A stretch of 64,000 bases of DNA from Eledone cirrhosa (taxonomy: Eukaryota): the NCBI GenBank assembly GCA_964016885.1, contig OZ024740.1:276644001-276708000 (forward strand), given 5' to 3'. Shown here piece after piece: positions 1-14,058 of this stretch. The position numbers and the translations under genes are program-made. How positions within the stretch are numbered: position 1 is the first letter of the stretch; the number at the start of each line of letters is the position of its first letter. The notes under the pieces are model-generated. The model was not told the origin of the DNA, did not search any database, and saw only the letters and a list, made by a program, of their open reading frames with translations.

Positions 1-156
1 AACATTTTAATTCTCCCCGTCAAATGACGAGTAGCTATGATAGTGTTGTTCTGTTTTTTTTTTGGCACTTTTCGACAATATCCTTCTTTCCATCTCTGGA
101 TAACAGCCAGTAGCTTCGTGAGACTGACTTGGATTCAGAAGGCATGTATTTTTTAA

Positions 157-377
157 CCCTTTAGCATTTAAACCGGCCATATCTGACCAGAATACTCTCA
201 TCCATTTCTGTTCAAACTGGCTGTAATCAGCCACCCATACTAATGTTAAGGTATTGTTCTCAAAATAAAAAATACCCAAATCTCATAGAGTCAATATTAT
301 GTGAGATAATTATGGGAGATAAAGCCTTTACCACAAAAATACAATAGTAAATATAGATTAATGTAAATGCTTAAGGG
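157..377. mobile_element. piggyBac-type MITE (221 bp)
   Basis: TIRs CCCTTTAGCATTTA (157-170) and TAAATGCTTAAGGG (364-377), 13/14 match. TTAA on both flanks (153-156, 378-381). CCC..GGG ends with a TTAA TSD are piggyBac hallmarks. Confidence 0.75.
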
Positions 378-864
378 TTAAAGGAACTCTGTACAGGACT
401 AATAACAATTTTCAAAGTTTAAAGAAGCGTTGATGCTGTATACATTAGTAAACTATATACTACATACGAAACCAAGCATTCCCTATAATACTTTAATTAT
501 GATCTATTTTTATGTACTTTTATCCTAGAATTATATTTGAGTGTTATCAAATAACATTTTAAATATGTAAAATAAAATAAAAAAATTCAAGGACGGTGAT
601 AAACAGAAGCGCCACGTATACGTAATCTTTTGTAAAGCAGTTAAATAAAGTCAAGGACTAAAACATAAAGATCCCCACATTAAATATGTAAATATATAAG
701 AATAATAACATAGATATTAATAATAAACATAATTGTCTCCATGTATGTTTAAAAGAAGAACAACAAATATTGTTTTGGTTATTGCTTGTTTAATTTTTCG
801 TTAAAATTTATTGCTGACATATTATAGCAATTGGCAGAGGAAATCCTGTTGGTTCAATTTAACG

Positions 865-926
865 TGTATGTGAGTATGTGTGTGTGTATGCATGTGTATA
901 TATGTATATGCACATACACTCACACA

Positions 927-968
<42 letters not shown>

Positions 969-1015
969 CACACACATATATATATATACACATACACATA
1001 CATATATATACACAC

Positions 1016-1090
<75 letters not shown>

Positions 1091-1092
1091 CG
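865..1092. repeat. Compound (TG)/(TA)/(CA) microsatellite, one of dozens in the window
   Basis: Direct reading. It generates the YI/HT/CV pseudo-ORFs. Confidence 0.95.
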
Positions 1093-1744
1093 TATACGTA
1101 CATGGGCACACAAGCACATAGATATAAATACTTGCTAAATATTAAAATCATATTTCTTAATATTTCTGTTATTTTTATTATATTATTTATTTCTATTTTC
1201 TTGGCTGATCAAGAATGTCGTGCTGGAACAATGCTATGAAGCATCTTACGTTACAGCTAATTAACCCAACATATTTAAATGTTATCTTTATTTTATATTT
1301 GTACATGTTAGTGTGTTTTTATTATTTTTTTTTTTTTTTTGCTGTTTGTTCTGGTTTGAAGTCTGATGTTTTATTTCTGTTTCATATTTACCTCAAATTT
1401 TGTTCATTTTTATAAATATATTTTTTCTTCGTTTCTTCATAAATTATCTTTCTGATTTCTTGATAACGACGCCTCATGATGTTTATATAAATCTTTTCGT
1501 CATAATTTATACAAATCTTTTCACCATAATTTTCTGTTTTGTATGTTTAACCCAGATCCTCCCTCTTCTTTGATGAGGTTTGAATTTGTGGTATTCTTTT
1601 TTGCACTGGTTTCAATGATTATCGGCGGCCACGTAGGTGGCGGTTTACCACATTAAAGTCGATCACATCAATCCTAGTATTTACTTGTTTTATGTCTGGT
1701 TCTTATTTTATCGCTACATTACGGGACATAAGCACACACAAACG

Positions 1745-1789
<45 letters not shown>

Positions 1790-1793
1790 AGCG

Positions 1794-1869
<76 letters not shown>

Positions 1870-1940
1870 CTGTATGTATCACGGGTTCAATTGGGGGTAA
1901 CCACAGTAAGTAAGGTACTTAATACATAGCAGAGTATAAT

Positions 1941-2057
1941 TATTTAATACAGAAATGACTTCTACAGGACTAGAACTGTTTCATTCGAAGGAAATCATCA
2001 TTCCTGATGATTTCCTTCAAATGAAACAGTTCTAGTCCTGTAGAAGCATTTCTATAT

Positions 2058-2063
<6 letters not shown>
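1941..2063. mobile_element. Fold-back PLE-terminus-like insert with HHR-like core
   Basis: About 60-bp inverted arms around TTCC (2001-2004). The right arm reads CTGATGA-TTTCCTTCAAAT-GAAAC-AGTTCTA-GTC and abuts (TA)n. Related pieces lie at 37304-37353 and about 57195-57226. Confidence 0.65.
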
Positions 2064-2101
<38 letters not shown>

Positions 2102-2104
<3 letters not shown>

Positions 2105-2236
2105 CGAAGGAAATGTGGTAAGGAACCAGGTGGACCATAACGCACCAAAGTACTCAATACTTAGGGTAGTAGAGTGGGTAATAGGAACAAGTAAGACCCC
2201 GACGGCTTAAGTTCAGCCGTCGGGGTCTTACTTGTT

Positions 2237-2241
<5 letters not shown>
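2102..2241. mobile_element. (TA)n-embedded short repeat, family B, with terminal fold-back
   Basis: Hairpin at 2181-2241. Near-identical to 36818-37031, with a fragment at 8790-8850 and diverged relatives at about 23815-23945 and 26570-26690. Confidence 0.65.
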
Positions 2242-2280
<39 letters not shown>

Positions 2281-2299
2281 TGTTTACACAAACACATAC

Positions 2300-2430
2300 A
2301 ATGCGACGGGCTGTTTCTGTAGTTTCCATCTAACAGATGGTACTCACAAGGCATTGTTCAACCCAAATCTATAGTAGAAGATACCCAAAGGGCCTCATAG
2401 TGGGAATGAACTCGAAACAACGTGGTTAGG
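2300..2430 (-). mobile_element. Decayed tRNA-derived SINE
   Basis: Shares the CAGTTTCC..CTA..CACAAGG..CCCAAG..GTGGTT skeleton with 14800-14910. Confidence 0.4.
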
Positions 2431-3110
2431 TGTTACGCTGCTTTTCATGTTTGAGGTACAACTGTAACACCGTCTAAGAGTATGCAGTTTATATAGACTC
2501 TTAGATTTGAAGCTAGGTGAGAAAATGCTTATTTTCTAAGTTGAGAGACATTTTTGGATTTTACATTGAGTGGGAAGGGATGAAAATAGATAACACTGCT
2601 CTTTATTTCCTTTTAGGGTTGGGGTTTCTTGGTTAAACCATTGTATAAGCAGTTATATTTATGCTATTGCAAAGGTAACGTAAATGAACTGGCACAGATA
2701 CTGTCAGGTATGGAAACCTAGACCCCCATCTATAATATTTGGGATATCAAGTGGACCTCGATCAAAGGCTTTTACGCCGTGATCATTTCATCGTATTTTC
2801 AAGCAATATATCTACTATTTACCCAATGAATCAAGGTTTTAAAGACGGTACTTGTAATTTGAGGGAAATTTTGTCGGTAATTTTAGTAGGTTGAGGACAC
2901 ATTGTTAAATGTATTTTCGGTTTACTTGCACAGGTTTGGCTACGGGTCGACGTAAGCTTTGTGAAGGAAATGAGGTAAATGGATGTTGTATGGGCGAACT
3001 ACTTATTTCTTGGCGGTGTATTTAATCAACTACCTGGTTTGATATCTCTACTACATGACAGTGAATTTAGCAGACTTCACTTTGTTACAAGCATTCAGAT
3101 CAGTCTAAAT

Positions 3111-3394
3111 CAGTGGTTCCCAAACACATTTTACTGACGGCGCATTTTTGAAAAAGTAAAAACAGCCTGGTGTATTTTGTACCATAAGCTGGAAAAATTA
3201 TTCAAAAGAGGTTTTCATACACAATTGAAAGGTTCTAGGCCCATTCGCCCCTTACCAATTCCCTATATGAACTTTCATACGAATTTCAGTTTGTATATTT
3301 CACATCTTAGAAGTAAATTTTAGTCTTTTGTGGTGCATCTAGTTACATTTCGCGACGCATCAGTGCGCCGCAGTGCATGGTTTGGGAACCACTG
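3111..3394. mobile_element. hAT (Charlie-type) MITE (284 bp)
   Basis: Perfect 15-bp TIRs CAGTGGTTCCCAAAC / GTTTGGGAACCACTG. The degenerate 8-bp flanks GTCTAAAT / CTTTAGAT resemble the NTCTARAN target preference. Confidence 0.8.
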
Positions 3395-4559
3395 CTTTAG
3401 ATTGTGTATAACCACTGCTTTAGATTGAGCTATAATTTCTTCCCCTCCTTTCTCCAACCAGTCTCAGAGGGCCTGCTAAAATAAATGGTGATAGGCACTG
3501 TCCTTCCTCATCTGTCTCAGTCACAAATAACGTAGTAACCATTTACTTATAATGCAATACAAGCTGAAAGATTAATTACTTAAAGAGGACTAATTTCTTT
3601 CTACTTCGGTTATTCACACTTTCCTTGTGAAAAACAACTGTAGACATTGACGAGATTCACGGTAATTGTAGTAAATTGACCGAAACATGATAAAAGCTAG
3701 AAATATTTGTTTGTCTTTTCAAACCATCATCTAATCTATCAGTTCCTCAAATCATCGAATATAACACTTTGTATTTTCTTCTTTAATCTTATTCTTCTTT
3801 TTAAAAAATTACAAAAACAAAAACAAAAATATGACTGTAATTTTCTCAGTATGTGAGAAAATGTTTACATTATTAGCTGGGAACATAGCCTTGTTTTGTT
3901 TTAGAGTTGTTAATGTTGTCGTTGCTGTTATTATTGTTGTTGTTGTTGATACTGTTCTGCTGTTCTTGCTTAACTACAAATGTTATCAGCTCTGATCGAA
4001 CAGCATTTTCTTATATGCGTAGTGTAACTAGGACAACACCATGTAATATGTCCTTAGCTTTCAGAGATAGTATGATGCTATTCTAGGAAGAGTGGACTGC
4101 TTTTTCTAGCAGGCCAAATATCCATGTAAGAAATAACCCACTGACTTATATAGCGTCTTTACAGGCGTGGTGAAGTCATATAACCTACTGGGATAGAACA
4201 TACTCCTTTCCACGCTGTATTAACAGTAATTAAGCCCAGCACTACAAGACAGCGAAACACATTAAATTTACTGTTACTGTTGTTTACAGTGATGAGATTT
4301 TATTATCTTTCTCTCTTATTCAACCTCAAACCCAAATAAGTATAAAGAATACACATACTGAGAAAGAACTGCAACATCAATAGCTCTGTTGGAATACACA
4401 ACACTAACATAAGGTATAGTGGAACAGCAGCTCTTTAAATCTGGCCACCTTTAAAATCGAGGGATTTTCACACCAAAAATCATTTAAAAAATCAGGACAA
4501 GCAAGAGAGAAAGAGAGCGAGAGAGCGAGAGAGAGAGAAAGAGAGAGAGACGGAGAAAG

Positions 4560-4624
<65 letters not shown>

Positions 4625-6503
4625 AATTCTGAGTGTAATTCTGCACCCCATCTGTCAACGTGTTCAGTATGATCATTGGCAAAGTAAAGCCCTAATATAA
4701 CTGGAAAGGTAGATTTATGGACCACGCCTCGTGGTCCAACCAGCTATCTGAGTGCCATAGGATTTGACAATCCGCCTTAATATGGAGCTATACTATAACG
4801 ATTGGCATGTCATTTACTAACAGCAAGTTGATGTAGATGTACGGCGACCTCAGCGAGATTTGAATTGAGAAATGTAATGCTGTTATGTAGTTGCCGTTAA
4901 GCATATAGACAATGTGCACTTTCTATGCCTAATATTAAGTACCGCTGCACGAAATAGAATTTGAATAGTATCACAGTAAGTAGTGTGCAAGCGCTTTGAA
5001 ATTGTGTCAAGTAGGCGCTGAATTGTGAGAATCGTTAAATATCGGAACAAAATACTTTGCGCAGTATTTGTATCGGATGCGGTATCCTGTAGTCTTTATT
5101 CCGGATCTTTGTATTTTTAGTTTTGTTAGGGTGGTTAACTTAATCTAGGACTTGGGTTTCTTAGCAGCCCCCTCCCCTCCTCTCCCTCCCCACGCCCCAT
5201 ACACACACTCTTGCAAATATTCAATCCAGATCTTCACACTACCAGTAAAAGCCCTGAAAGAATAAAGGCTAATGCACACTCTTCTTTTCTCAGGCAAGTT
5301 TCATAATTTCCTGCTCGCAATTTTCATTTTCAGCCGTTTGTTAATAATATTAAAGAGAAATGTGCACCTTTAGATGCTCTCTTACAATGAATATAGAATT
5401 AAGAAAGCTGAAAAGTTTTCATTCGTGGTAAGTAACAAAGTATAGAATTGCATTTCAATTTTAATGCTTCTAATGTCTGCAGTAGCTTCATACCACATTT
5501 TATCAGCATTATATTCTACAAATAAGGGGAAACATGCATGGATTTCAAAAGTTTCTAATTTAGCCACAAGGCAAGCAATTTGGGGCGAAGAGGAACAATG
5601 AAATTGGATTTAGCGTGATACCCGATTGGTACTTTGTTTGATCACCCACCCCGGAAAGCATGAAATGCTATGCTAAAGGCTTACCATCGATTTAAAGATT
5701 TTATAAGTACCAGCATGGTGATTAACACCAATTTAACGATATAATTAAATCAAAATTATATTTGTCATCCACAGGCAGATTATTGTTATTATTAATCTTG
5801 TCAAACTGTAAGGAGTAGAATTACACTCAATAGATGTGAGTTTGGGTTCGTCTTTCACTGGAGATTCTATGTTCAAAGTGTGTATGGCAATTGTTAGAAC
5901 AACAAATGAGCTAAAAGGGTTATACCTATAACATATTTTAGAAACACATGCTTTCAGGTGAAAACAAATCACACACACACACACATACACACACACGCAC
6001 ACACACACGCACACATACACACGTACGAACGTATGTATGTATGTATGTACGTACGTATGTATGTACGTACGTATGTATGTATGTGACTCGTTTTCTTTCG
6101 TCATTATCCTTGTTTTGGACATTGATAAAGTAAGATAAAAAATGAAATATATAGTGAGTGAATGAGAGAGAGACAGATAGATAAACAGGCAGACATACAG
6201 AAGTAGGGTCGAGGGAGAGCTGAACATAAGACTTTCGGGTGGGAAGTGAACCGTATCAAACGATCGCTACAAACATTTATACATAGTCATACAAGTTGAA
6301 CAAATAAGTTTTCGGAATTATCATGGAGATTAAGTCAGTTGGAATGTTATGGACATTCCTCATCTTTATGGACATGGAAACTTCTCGAACAAAACAAATA
6401 AACATACAAATAAACTAAACAACTATATGGCGAAAACTCTAGCGATGATGGTTCCAGTCCTGCAAGTTCTCTTAATTCTTCTGTTATCAACTTGAACATA
6501 AAG

Positions 6504-6540
<37 letters not shown>

Positions 6541-7546
6541 GTGATGTTAATAATAATAATAATAATAATAATAACAATAACAATAATAATAATATTGTTG
6601 ATAATGCCATTAAAACAAAACTTACAAAAAACGAATACAATAGAAGCACCAGAATACAATTTATTCACTAAACAACTAAAACCTGGCTGCTCGTCGGCCA
6701 ACCAAGCATATTACTTAAACGAAGGTCGCTTGGAACAATAAGGAAGCATAGATTATTTATGTTAGTTTAGTGTTTCTGTTTTAGATTTTTTTTGCTAGCA
6801 TATGTTATAAGTACTATATAGAAAATATGTGCAGCAGGAAAAACAAAATGAAACTATCATAGATTTTTTTCGCGTTTTGTTTTTACGTTTGGGTCACCCA
6901 TACAAAGGTTGAGAAAGCATTTGGTTTGAGGTTACATTGCATTAAATACAGTTGGTGATGCAATGATGAAGAAGTCACACCTGAAGATAGATTTCTTTTT
7001 TACTTTATATATTTTTCTTTTTTCTTATTTTTTCTTCTTTCTTTTCTTTGTTTCTTATTCTTTTTCTTTTGCTTCTTTTTCCATTTATTTCTTTTCTCTT
7101 TTCTTTCTTTTATTTTCTTTATTTTTCTTCTATGTAAATGCCGGCATCTCAAGATACAGAGAGTGATGTGCACAAACAACAGTTCGTTCATTGTGAAGTT
7201 GTAAAAGAGTTCACTAATGGTGGCTTGCCATTAAAGCAACAACAACATTCTCTGTCAAATTCGCCACTGTAAGACTATCAGAAGAAAACACGAAACGTTA
7301 GACTTTCCACTCCTCGCTGCAATTGAAATGATGCAAATAATCTTTTGTTTAGTTTATAATAAAAAAAAAAATCAGAAGAGCGAACAATCATGGTTCATAG
7401 GGGTAAGGGAAACCAAGGAAAATATAACTAAAAAAACCAAGAAACTATTGTGTCATACGAATACATTCTTATTTTTTTTTTTACTAGTTTTAGTCATTAG
7501 ATTGCGGCCGTGCTGTAGCATAACCTTGAAACGATTTAGTTTACCA

Positions 7547-7633
<87 letters not shown>

Positions 7634-7634
<1 letters not shown>

Positions 7635-8533
7635 TAGCAGTAAAGCCCGGCGTTGCTCGGGGTCGCTCAGTAGCTGTGTTAAAGTTACAATGTTAAGTTT
7701 CTTTCTTGGCTTAAAAACTGTAGTGTCTACTGTACAGACTTGCATGTGGTGTTTTTGATTAATATTCCCTCAACCAACAATATGCCTTATGAAGTTAAGA
7801 AAACATAACGATAACCCGAATGTTATAACAAAAGAGGATGCTGGGGATAGAAACTGCACTGGTTATTTATTAACAAAGATCGAAAATGTAAACACTGCAA
7901 CGCAGAGAAAAACATTAGCGTAACCAAATTATCAGTTATGTCTGTCTGCACGCCTATATCACCTCTCTGCACGACTGTCTGTCTGCACGCCTATATCACC
8001 TCTCTGCACGACTGTCTGTCTGCACGCCTATATCACCTCTCTGCACGACTGTCTGTCTGCACGCCTATATCACCTCTCTGCACGACTGTCTGTCTGCACG
8101 ACTGTCTGTCTGCACGCCTAACGACGAAATATTTGCTTGTTTTACGTAGTCTTTAAATAGACTTGTTTTCAAGTAAAAATATTGTTTTAAAATGCTTTTA
8201 AATGGAAATGAAGCAAAACGGAAGCTTAGTGTTCGAACTGATGAATTTTGCAGGTCAATATTTTTTAAACGCTGAGAAAGCCAGCGTAATTTTTTACGTA
8301 AGACGCTCAATGTAAACAGAACAAAGGGAAATAACTGATAACTTACGCTCAAAAATCGATACATTATATTCGATTTCGTCACATAGGGTGGGTCAATTTG
8401 AAATATTTTTTTTCCGATGTCTTCGCTAGGGCTCAATGTACAAGTATAGCAATTTCGGTGCAATTCCGTGAGAGATTCTAAGAGGAGATGTGTGCCAAAA
8501 ATCGATAGACAGACAGACAACCACAGTTTTATA
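7634..8533 (-). mobile_element. Non-autonomous Helitron-like element inserted in (TA)n
   Basis: The minus strand ends CTAG|T at 7634-7637, with a GC-rich hairpin CCCG-GC-GTT-GC-T-CGGG (7646-7661) about 10 nt inside. (GACA)n lies near the other end and there is an internal minisatellite. The 5' TC terminus is not resolvable. Confidence 0.6.
7940..8119. repeat. 37-bp minisatellite, 4 full copies plus partial
   Basis: Unit GTCTGTCTGCACGCCTATATCACCTCTCTGCACGACT. Confidence 0.95.
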
Positions 8534-8551
8534 TCTATATATATATATATA

Positions 8552-8612
<61 letters not shown>

Positions 8613-8621
8613 ATATATATG

Positions 8622-8665
<44 letters not shown>

Positions 8666-8668
<3 letters not shown>

Positions 8669-8790
8669 AGTGAAAGAATAACATGGTCGGCTGTACAAAA
8701 GGGTTTTATTTACAATATTAACAATTGTTTCATTGATCAGGTGAGTCTAAAGGTCGTTAATCACTAGAAATTGCGTTACTCGGTAATTTA
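8666..8790 (-). mobile_element. PLE-terminus-like fragment, family C
   Basis: Homologous to both arms of 41993-42405 and adjacent to (TA)n. Confidence 0.55.
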
Positions 8791-8853
8791 TACCTGGTTC
8801 CTTACCACACTTATTTTTACTACCTGATTCCTTACCACACTTCCTTCGTTATA

Positions 8854-8970
<117 letters not shown>

Positions 8971-10526
8971 TATGTATGTAAAATTAAACGGAAATAACAA
9001 AGCAAACGGCACAGTAAATGTAAGAAATATATTAATTTAACGCTTGAAATAGCAGGAAAACAGTCTTAACGTTTCGGACACTAGTCCTTAATCAGAATAT
9101 TAGAGTTAGAAATAAAAGATAAAATATAATATAAAGAGGAACTGGAAAAATGAGAAGAAAGGGGGAAAACACACATGTGCGTATTCAATCAGCCATTTTG
9201 GATATATATATATTAGCTTTAGTACGTATTTTATTGAATTACGGGACATAAACGAATTCTAAACGAACCCAGACACTCATTCTATATGTTTGGATTTATG
9301 TTTAGCTATCGAGAAATAGCATTCCTGTGAGAGTCTTGTAAATGACAAACATACACGTAGTTAATTCTATCAGAATATCTGAAGTTGAAATACAAATGCT
9401 AATCAGTTTTTAGTTGTTGGTGTCATTGTTGTTGTTATTTCGCCTTAGGTGAATCATGAGCCGATCTCTTTAGATAATTTTATTGGTCGGAAATAAAGCA
9501 GTAGATTGGTGGTAGAATCCTTTAAAGTGCCGGACAAAATACCTTGTGGTGTTTAGTTACAGTCCTTTACTTCCATATCTCACATCTCGCCAAGCTCAAC
9601 TTTGCCTTTCATTTGTCAGAGGTTGATAAAAATAAAAAAACATAATCGACTGTTCCTAATAAACAGCCTTTTGCCAAGGTATGAAATTATTATTGGTCAG
9701 AATTAACGAAACAACTTATATAATGGTTGTTTGAATACATTTTCGTAAGGTGGAATAGAGGTTTTTAACCACCTTAGAATACTGGTATTTATTTTATTGA
9801 TAGGGAAGAATTTGAACGGAGAACCGAAGGACACGCATGTTTTGGCAAAATACGTAAAATATGTTTCTTGACTCAGCTAATTAAAAAAGTATCAACAGAA
9901 ACAAAGAATGACAAGGGAAGAGTAGGAGGCTGAAAAAATGGAAAAGCAGATAAAGAGGAGATCAAGACAACGAAGAAGAAAAGTAAAGAAAAGCAGAAGA
10001 AATATTGTATCACTCATACCTGAAGTTGTAACAGATGGCAGTATTGCTGGTAGTGGTGGTACTTGTAGTAGTGCTGGTGGGGATGCGGAACTGGAAGAAG
10101 TGGTGGCAGTTAAGTTGCTGGTTGGAGTGGTAGAATTAATAACAGCAGCGATGGGGGTGTAAGTAAGAATGGTATAAAAGTAAAATAAAGGGCTAATTTT
10201 TTTAAAATAGATAAGTAGATAATAGAAAGGAAATAGAGAAAATGAAGGTGAAACAAAATGAAAGTGTCCGGAAGTATTTCTTTTATCTATATATATATAT
10301 TTTTTTTTGTTCGTCTGGTTTTCTTTTGATACAATGTTTGTCATTTCCACTCTGTGGCAGTTAGACTTAATCCGAACTAGCTTCTTTCGCTCCAGCGCTG
10401 ACTTTCTTCTTAATACAAACTAATATATATATATGTGTATGTAAAAGGTAAACAGAAATAACAACACAATCAGTACAGTATATGGAAGGGATATATTAGG
10501 TTAACGCTTGATATAGCAGGAAGAGG

Positions 10527-10560
10527 GTCTTAACGTTTCGGACGCTAGTCCTTCATCAGG
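10527..10560 (-). ncRNA. Minimal hammerhead ribozyme motif, family D element (about 10440-10665)
   Basis: CUGAUGA-A-GGAC(UAGC)GUCC-GAAA-CG-UUA. Mutated copies at about 9065-9095 (-) and 53587-53612 (+). Confidence 0.75.
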
Positions 10561-10662
10561 AGAAAGAATGAAAAATAAGATAGATTGAGGGGACGGGCGG
10601 GATGGAATTGGAAAAATGTCTTTAGATAAAAATAACAGGTCCATTCATGTTGACATCTCTTG

Positions 10663-10713
<51 letters not shown>

Positions 10714-10760
10714 TATGCACACGTATATATATATATATATATATGTATAAGTATCCACAC

Positions 10761-10834
<74 letters not shown>

Positions 10835-11256
10835 AAAATAACAGATTAAAGTTTAAGCAAATAATCGCTGCTTTCACCCTTAACGGGATCTTCTGAAACT
10901 AACAAAGTCAATCTGTAAACGCGGAAGTGAATATTTCAAAAAACGTTGCAACCGGAGGAAGACAGGAAGACGATACTTTGGTTCGTGGAAACGTTCCCTA
11001 TGCATATATCTATATATATTCATGCACACACATATATACATACATATGTACATATTTGTTATATCGAACATTAATAATAATGATCGATTCGTTTGTAAAC
11101 AAACGGCCCGATTAGAAGCTGTTTTGTGCCAGTGACCGAACGTCACCTGTCAAGGCCAACCGTAACTCACCCGGTATGCAAATGAGGCTACTCAGCCGAT
11201 GTGTAATTAAGAAAATACTGCATATGTTCAACCGTTCAACAGACTGGAGAGGTATA

Positions 11257-11297
11257 CAGTCCTGAAGAAGGGTAATGACCCAGAAACATGTTGATTG
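11257..11297 (+). ncRNA. Minimal hammerhead ribozyme motif
   Basis: CAGUC-CUGAAGA-A-GGGU(AAUG)ACCC-A-GAAAC-AU-GUU-GAUUG, with stem I CAGUC/GAUUG. A related core lies at 39706-39733 (-). Confidence 0.7.
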
Positions 11298-11442
11298 TTC
11301 CTCAAAGCCAGTCTTGAACAAACAGGTGACGATCGGTCACCGGCACGGGACAGCTTCAAATCGAGCCGTTTGTCTACAAGCGAATGGAACATTATTATTA
11401 ATATTCGATATAACCCATACGTAGATATGATATATATGTATG

Positions 11443-11481
<39 letters not shown>

Positions 11482-11533
11482 ATATATATATATGTATGTA
11501 TATATACGTATGTATATATATATATCTATCTAT

Positions 11534-11771
11534 CTAAGGCGGGTAAAATTCCCGAGATCCATAGACGAGTTCTCTCCAGCGGTCTCTGTCCCTCACTATC
11601 GCTGCCATATCCTGCATCTCCAACAGACCGGTGTCTGTCCTTAGGGCATCAACATATGTTAACCTTGGTCTTCCTCTTCTAGTGTGTCCATGTAGGGGCT
11701 CCCAAAGGAGCACTGAGTGCAATGTCAACTTTGGATGTCGGTGAGCATGTCCAGCCAACCTCAGTCTCCTC
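11534..11771 (-). pseudogene. 5'-truncated RTE-type LINE, ORF C-terminus
   Basis: RRLRLAGHAHRH..VLLWEP..RRGRPRLTYVDAL..RDRDRWRELV is a typical RTE C-terminus, followed by a short (TAGA)n tail. Confidence 0.8.
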
Positions 11772-12022
11772 TATGTATATATGGGTATGTATATATATGT
11801 GTGTATATATATATATATGTAAGTGTGCATACTTACATTTATGTGTCAGCTGTGCTAGAGCGAGAAATAAAATTCTAATTATATATATATATATAATTGT
11901 TGTGGGATGCTTAAAGCGTCCGTAAGCGGTAGGCCGTTTCAGCACTCGATGCTCTTACAGAGCAGAGTATAATATCACATAGAAAACGGAGAATCAGTGT
12001 TGCGACGAATACAATTTATTAG

Positions 12023-12115
12023 ACATATTACAATCGTTTCTCTGGCGACCAGCTCGAGGCACGATCGATGCAATGATCGAACCCGCCTCTGAAATCGCAA
12101 GTTCCTCAGATACAT
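12023..12115 (-). ncRNA. Hammerhead motif with long branched stem II, family H element (about 11895-12115)
   Basis: AUGUAU-CUGAGGA-[about 60 nt structured]-GAAAC-GAUU-GUA-AUAUGU, then AAUAAA. Second copy at 63516-63607. Confidence 0.7.
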
Positions 12116-12372
12116 CTGTATATTGTATGCGTGTATTTAAGCAAAGCGGTTGATGAAGAAAGCATTGGAAAATTCGGAATGTGCACGTCCCAATGCTAAT
12201 CGAATGTCCATCATTATAGTTGATGTTTTTAAATAAGAGAAAATCAGATAAAGTACCCCTGGAAAGAGAAGAAAAAATTGGATACAAATGCCTTTCATCC
12301 TTACGGGGTAGATAAAATAAAGTAGCAGCTGATCATAAACGGCATCTATATCACCATCATTATCACCATCAT

Positions 12373-12840
12373 ATCTTCAGTTGCTGTGTAGACATGGATG
12401 ACTTGCTTTTGGCATGCTATGACAGAAAACGCGCTGTGGTCACTGACTGACTTCCAGGCTATAAGTGCACTGGAATCTACTTTACCTACCCCCCATACAA
12501 ACTCCCCATATGTGTTGATATTCATGACCGGAATAGACCAGAGTTCTGCCTTCCCTGTACATTTTCCTATCTACCTGTCTTATTTCATTTCACTAAGGGT
12601 AAGAACATCAAATGGAGAACTATCAAATTCTCTGAGCAGCTGCACGTTGTTCCCCCTCTAGTGCAATGTCCGCACATTCGGAGTTCCGACCCTATTTCTA
12701 GTTTTAGCGTTCAGGATGAAGCACACCTCGACTCTAGATTCCTTGCGACTTGTATTGGAATCCGTAATAGGTGGCATATCCATTGCAATTCTACTTACGC
12801 TGAGATTCTTACGGAGATTTGCTTGCCTTTTCTTTAACGG
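12373..12840 (-). pseudogene. Decayed LINE apurinic endonuclease N-terminus
   Basis: Interrupted reading RVGTPNVRTL..DVLTLSEMK..TLVYSGHE..WKSVSD..IHVY resembles the GTWNVRTL..SE.RW APE motifs, with stops and frameshifts. Confidence 0.65.
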
Positions 12841-12952
<112 letters not shown>

Positions 12953-12990
12953 GTATATATATATATGTATATATATATATGTATATATAT

Positions 12991-13594
12991 ATATTGTTAT
13001 ACTTCGGGAGGGTCATGTTGCCAATAAGAAACACACGCACCAGTTGCTTTCACTTCAATTTATTATAAATTTATAAATTTATAAATTTACAAATCTACAA
13101 ACTTATAAATTTCTGGTTGGTTGGTTGGTTCCACAACCAGATAGTTGTTTATATATAGTCATAGTCCTTTCGTCACACACTCTGTGACCTCTTCAGTGAC
13201 TGGGGATTCCTTTCTTCGTTTCTGTGCCTTTCCTTTCTTCTGTCCTACGCCATTTTGTTTCTGAGAAACAAAATGGCGTAGGACAGAAGAAAGGAAAGGC
13301 ACAGAAACAAAGAAAGGAATCCCCAGTCACTGAAGAGGTCACAGAGTGTGTGACGAAAGGACTATGACTATATATAAACAACTATCTGGTTGTGGAACCA
13401 ACCAACCAACCAGAAATTTATAAGTTTGTAGATTTGTAAATTTATAAATTTATAAATTTATAATAAATTGAAGTGAAAGCAACTGGTGCGTGTGTTTCTT
13501 ATTGGCAACATGACCCTCCCGAAGTATAACAATATCGGTTTCAACACACGATTTCAGATAAAGAATCTTGCTAAACAAATTCAGAAACGAAATA

Positions 13595-13596
<2 letters not shown>
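12991..13596. mobile_element. Family E fold-back insert: 545-bp near-perfect palindrome with an HHR in each arm
   Basis: Arms 12991-13262 and 13264-13535 with a 1-nt spacer. HHR GUCA-CUGAAGA-G-GUCAC(7)GUGAC-GAAA-GGAC-UA-UGAC at 13326-13368. (TA)n on both sides. Confidence 0.85.

Positions 13597-14058
<462 letters not shown>

Noticed and set aside
6347-6741. Poly-Asn/Leu/Ile ORFs
   Set aside because: Driven by a (TAA)n tract, with no start or splice context and no recognisable domain.
7279-7302. CAGAAGA-AAACAC-GAAACGTTA hammerhead-like string
   Set aside because: No stem II pairing and not in a (TA)n island.
7940-8119. CRISPR-like 37-bp repeat
   Set aside because: The units are contiguous with no spacers and the context is eukaryotic. 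It is a minisatellite.
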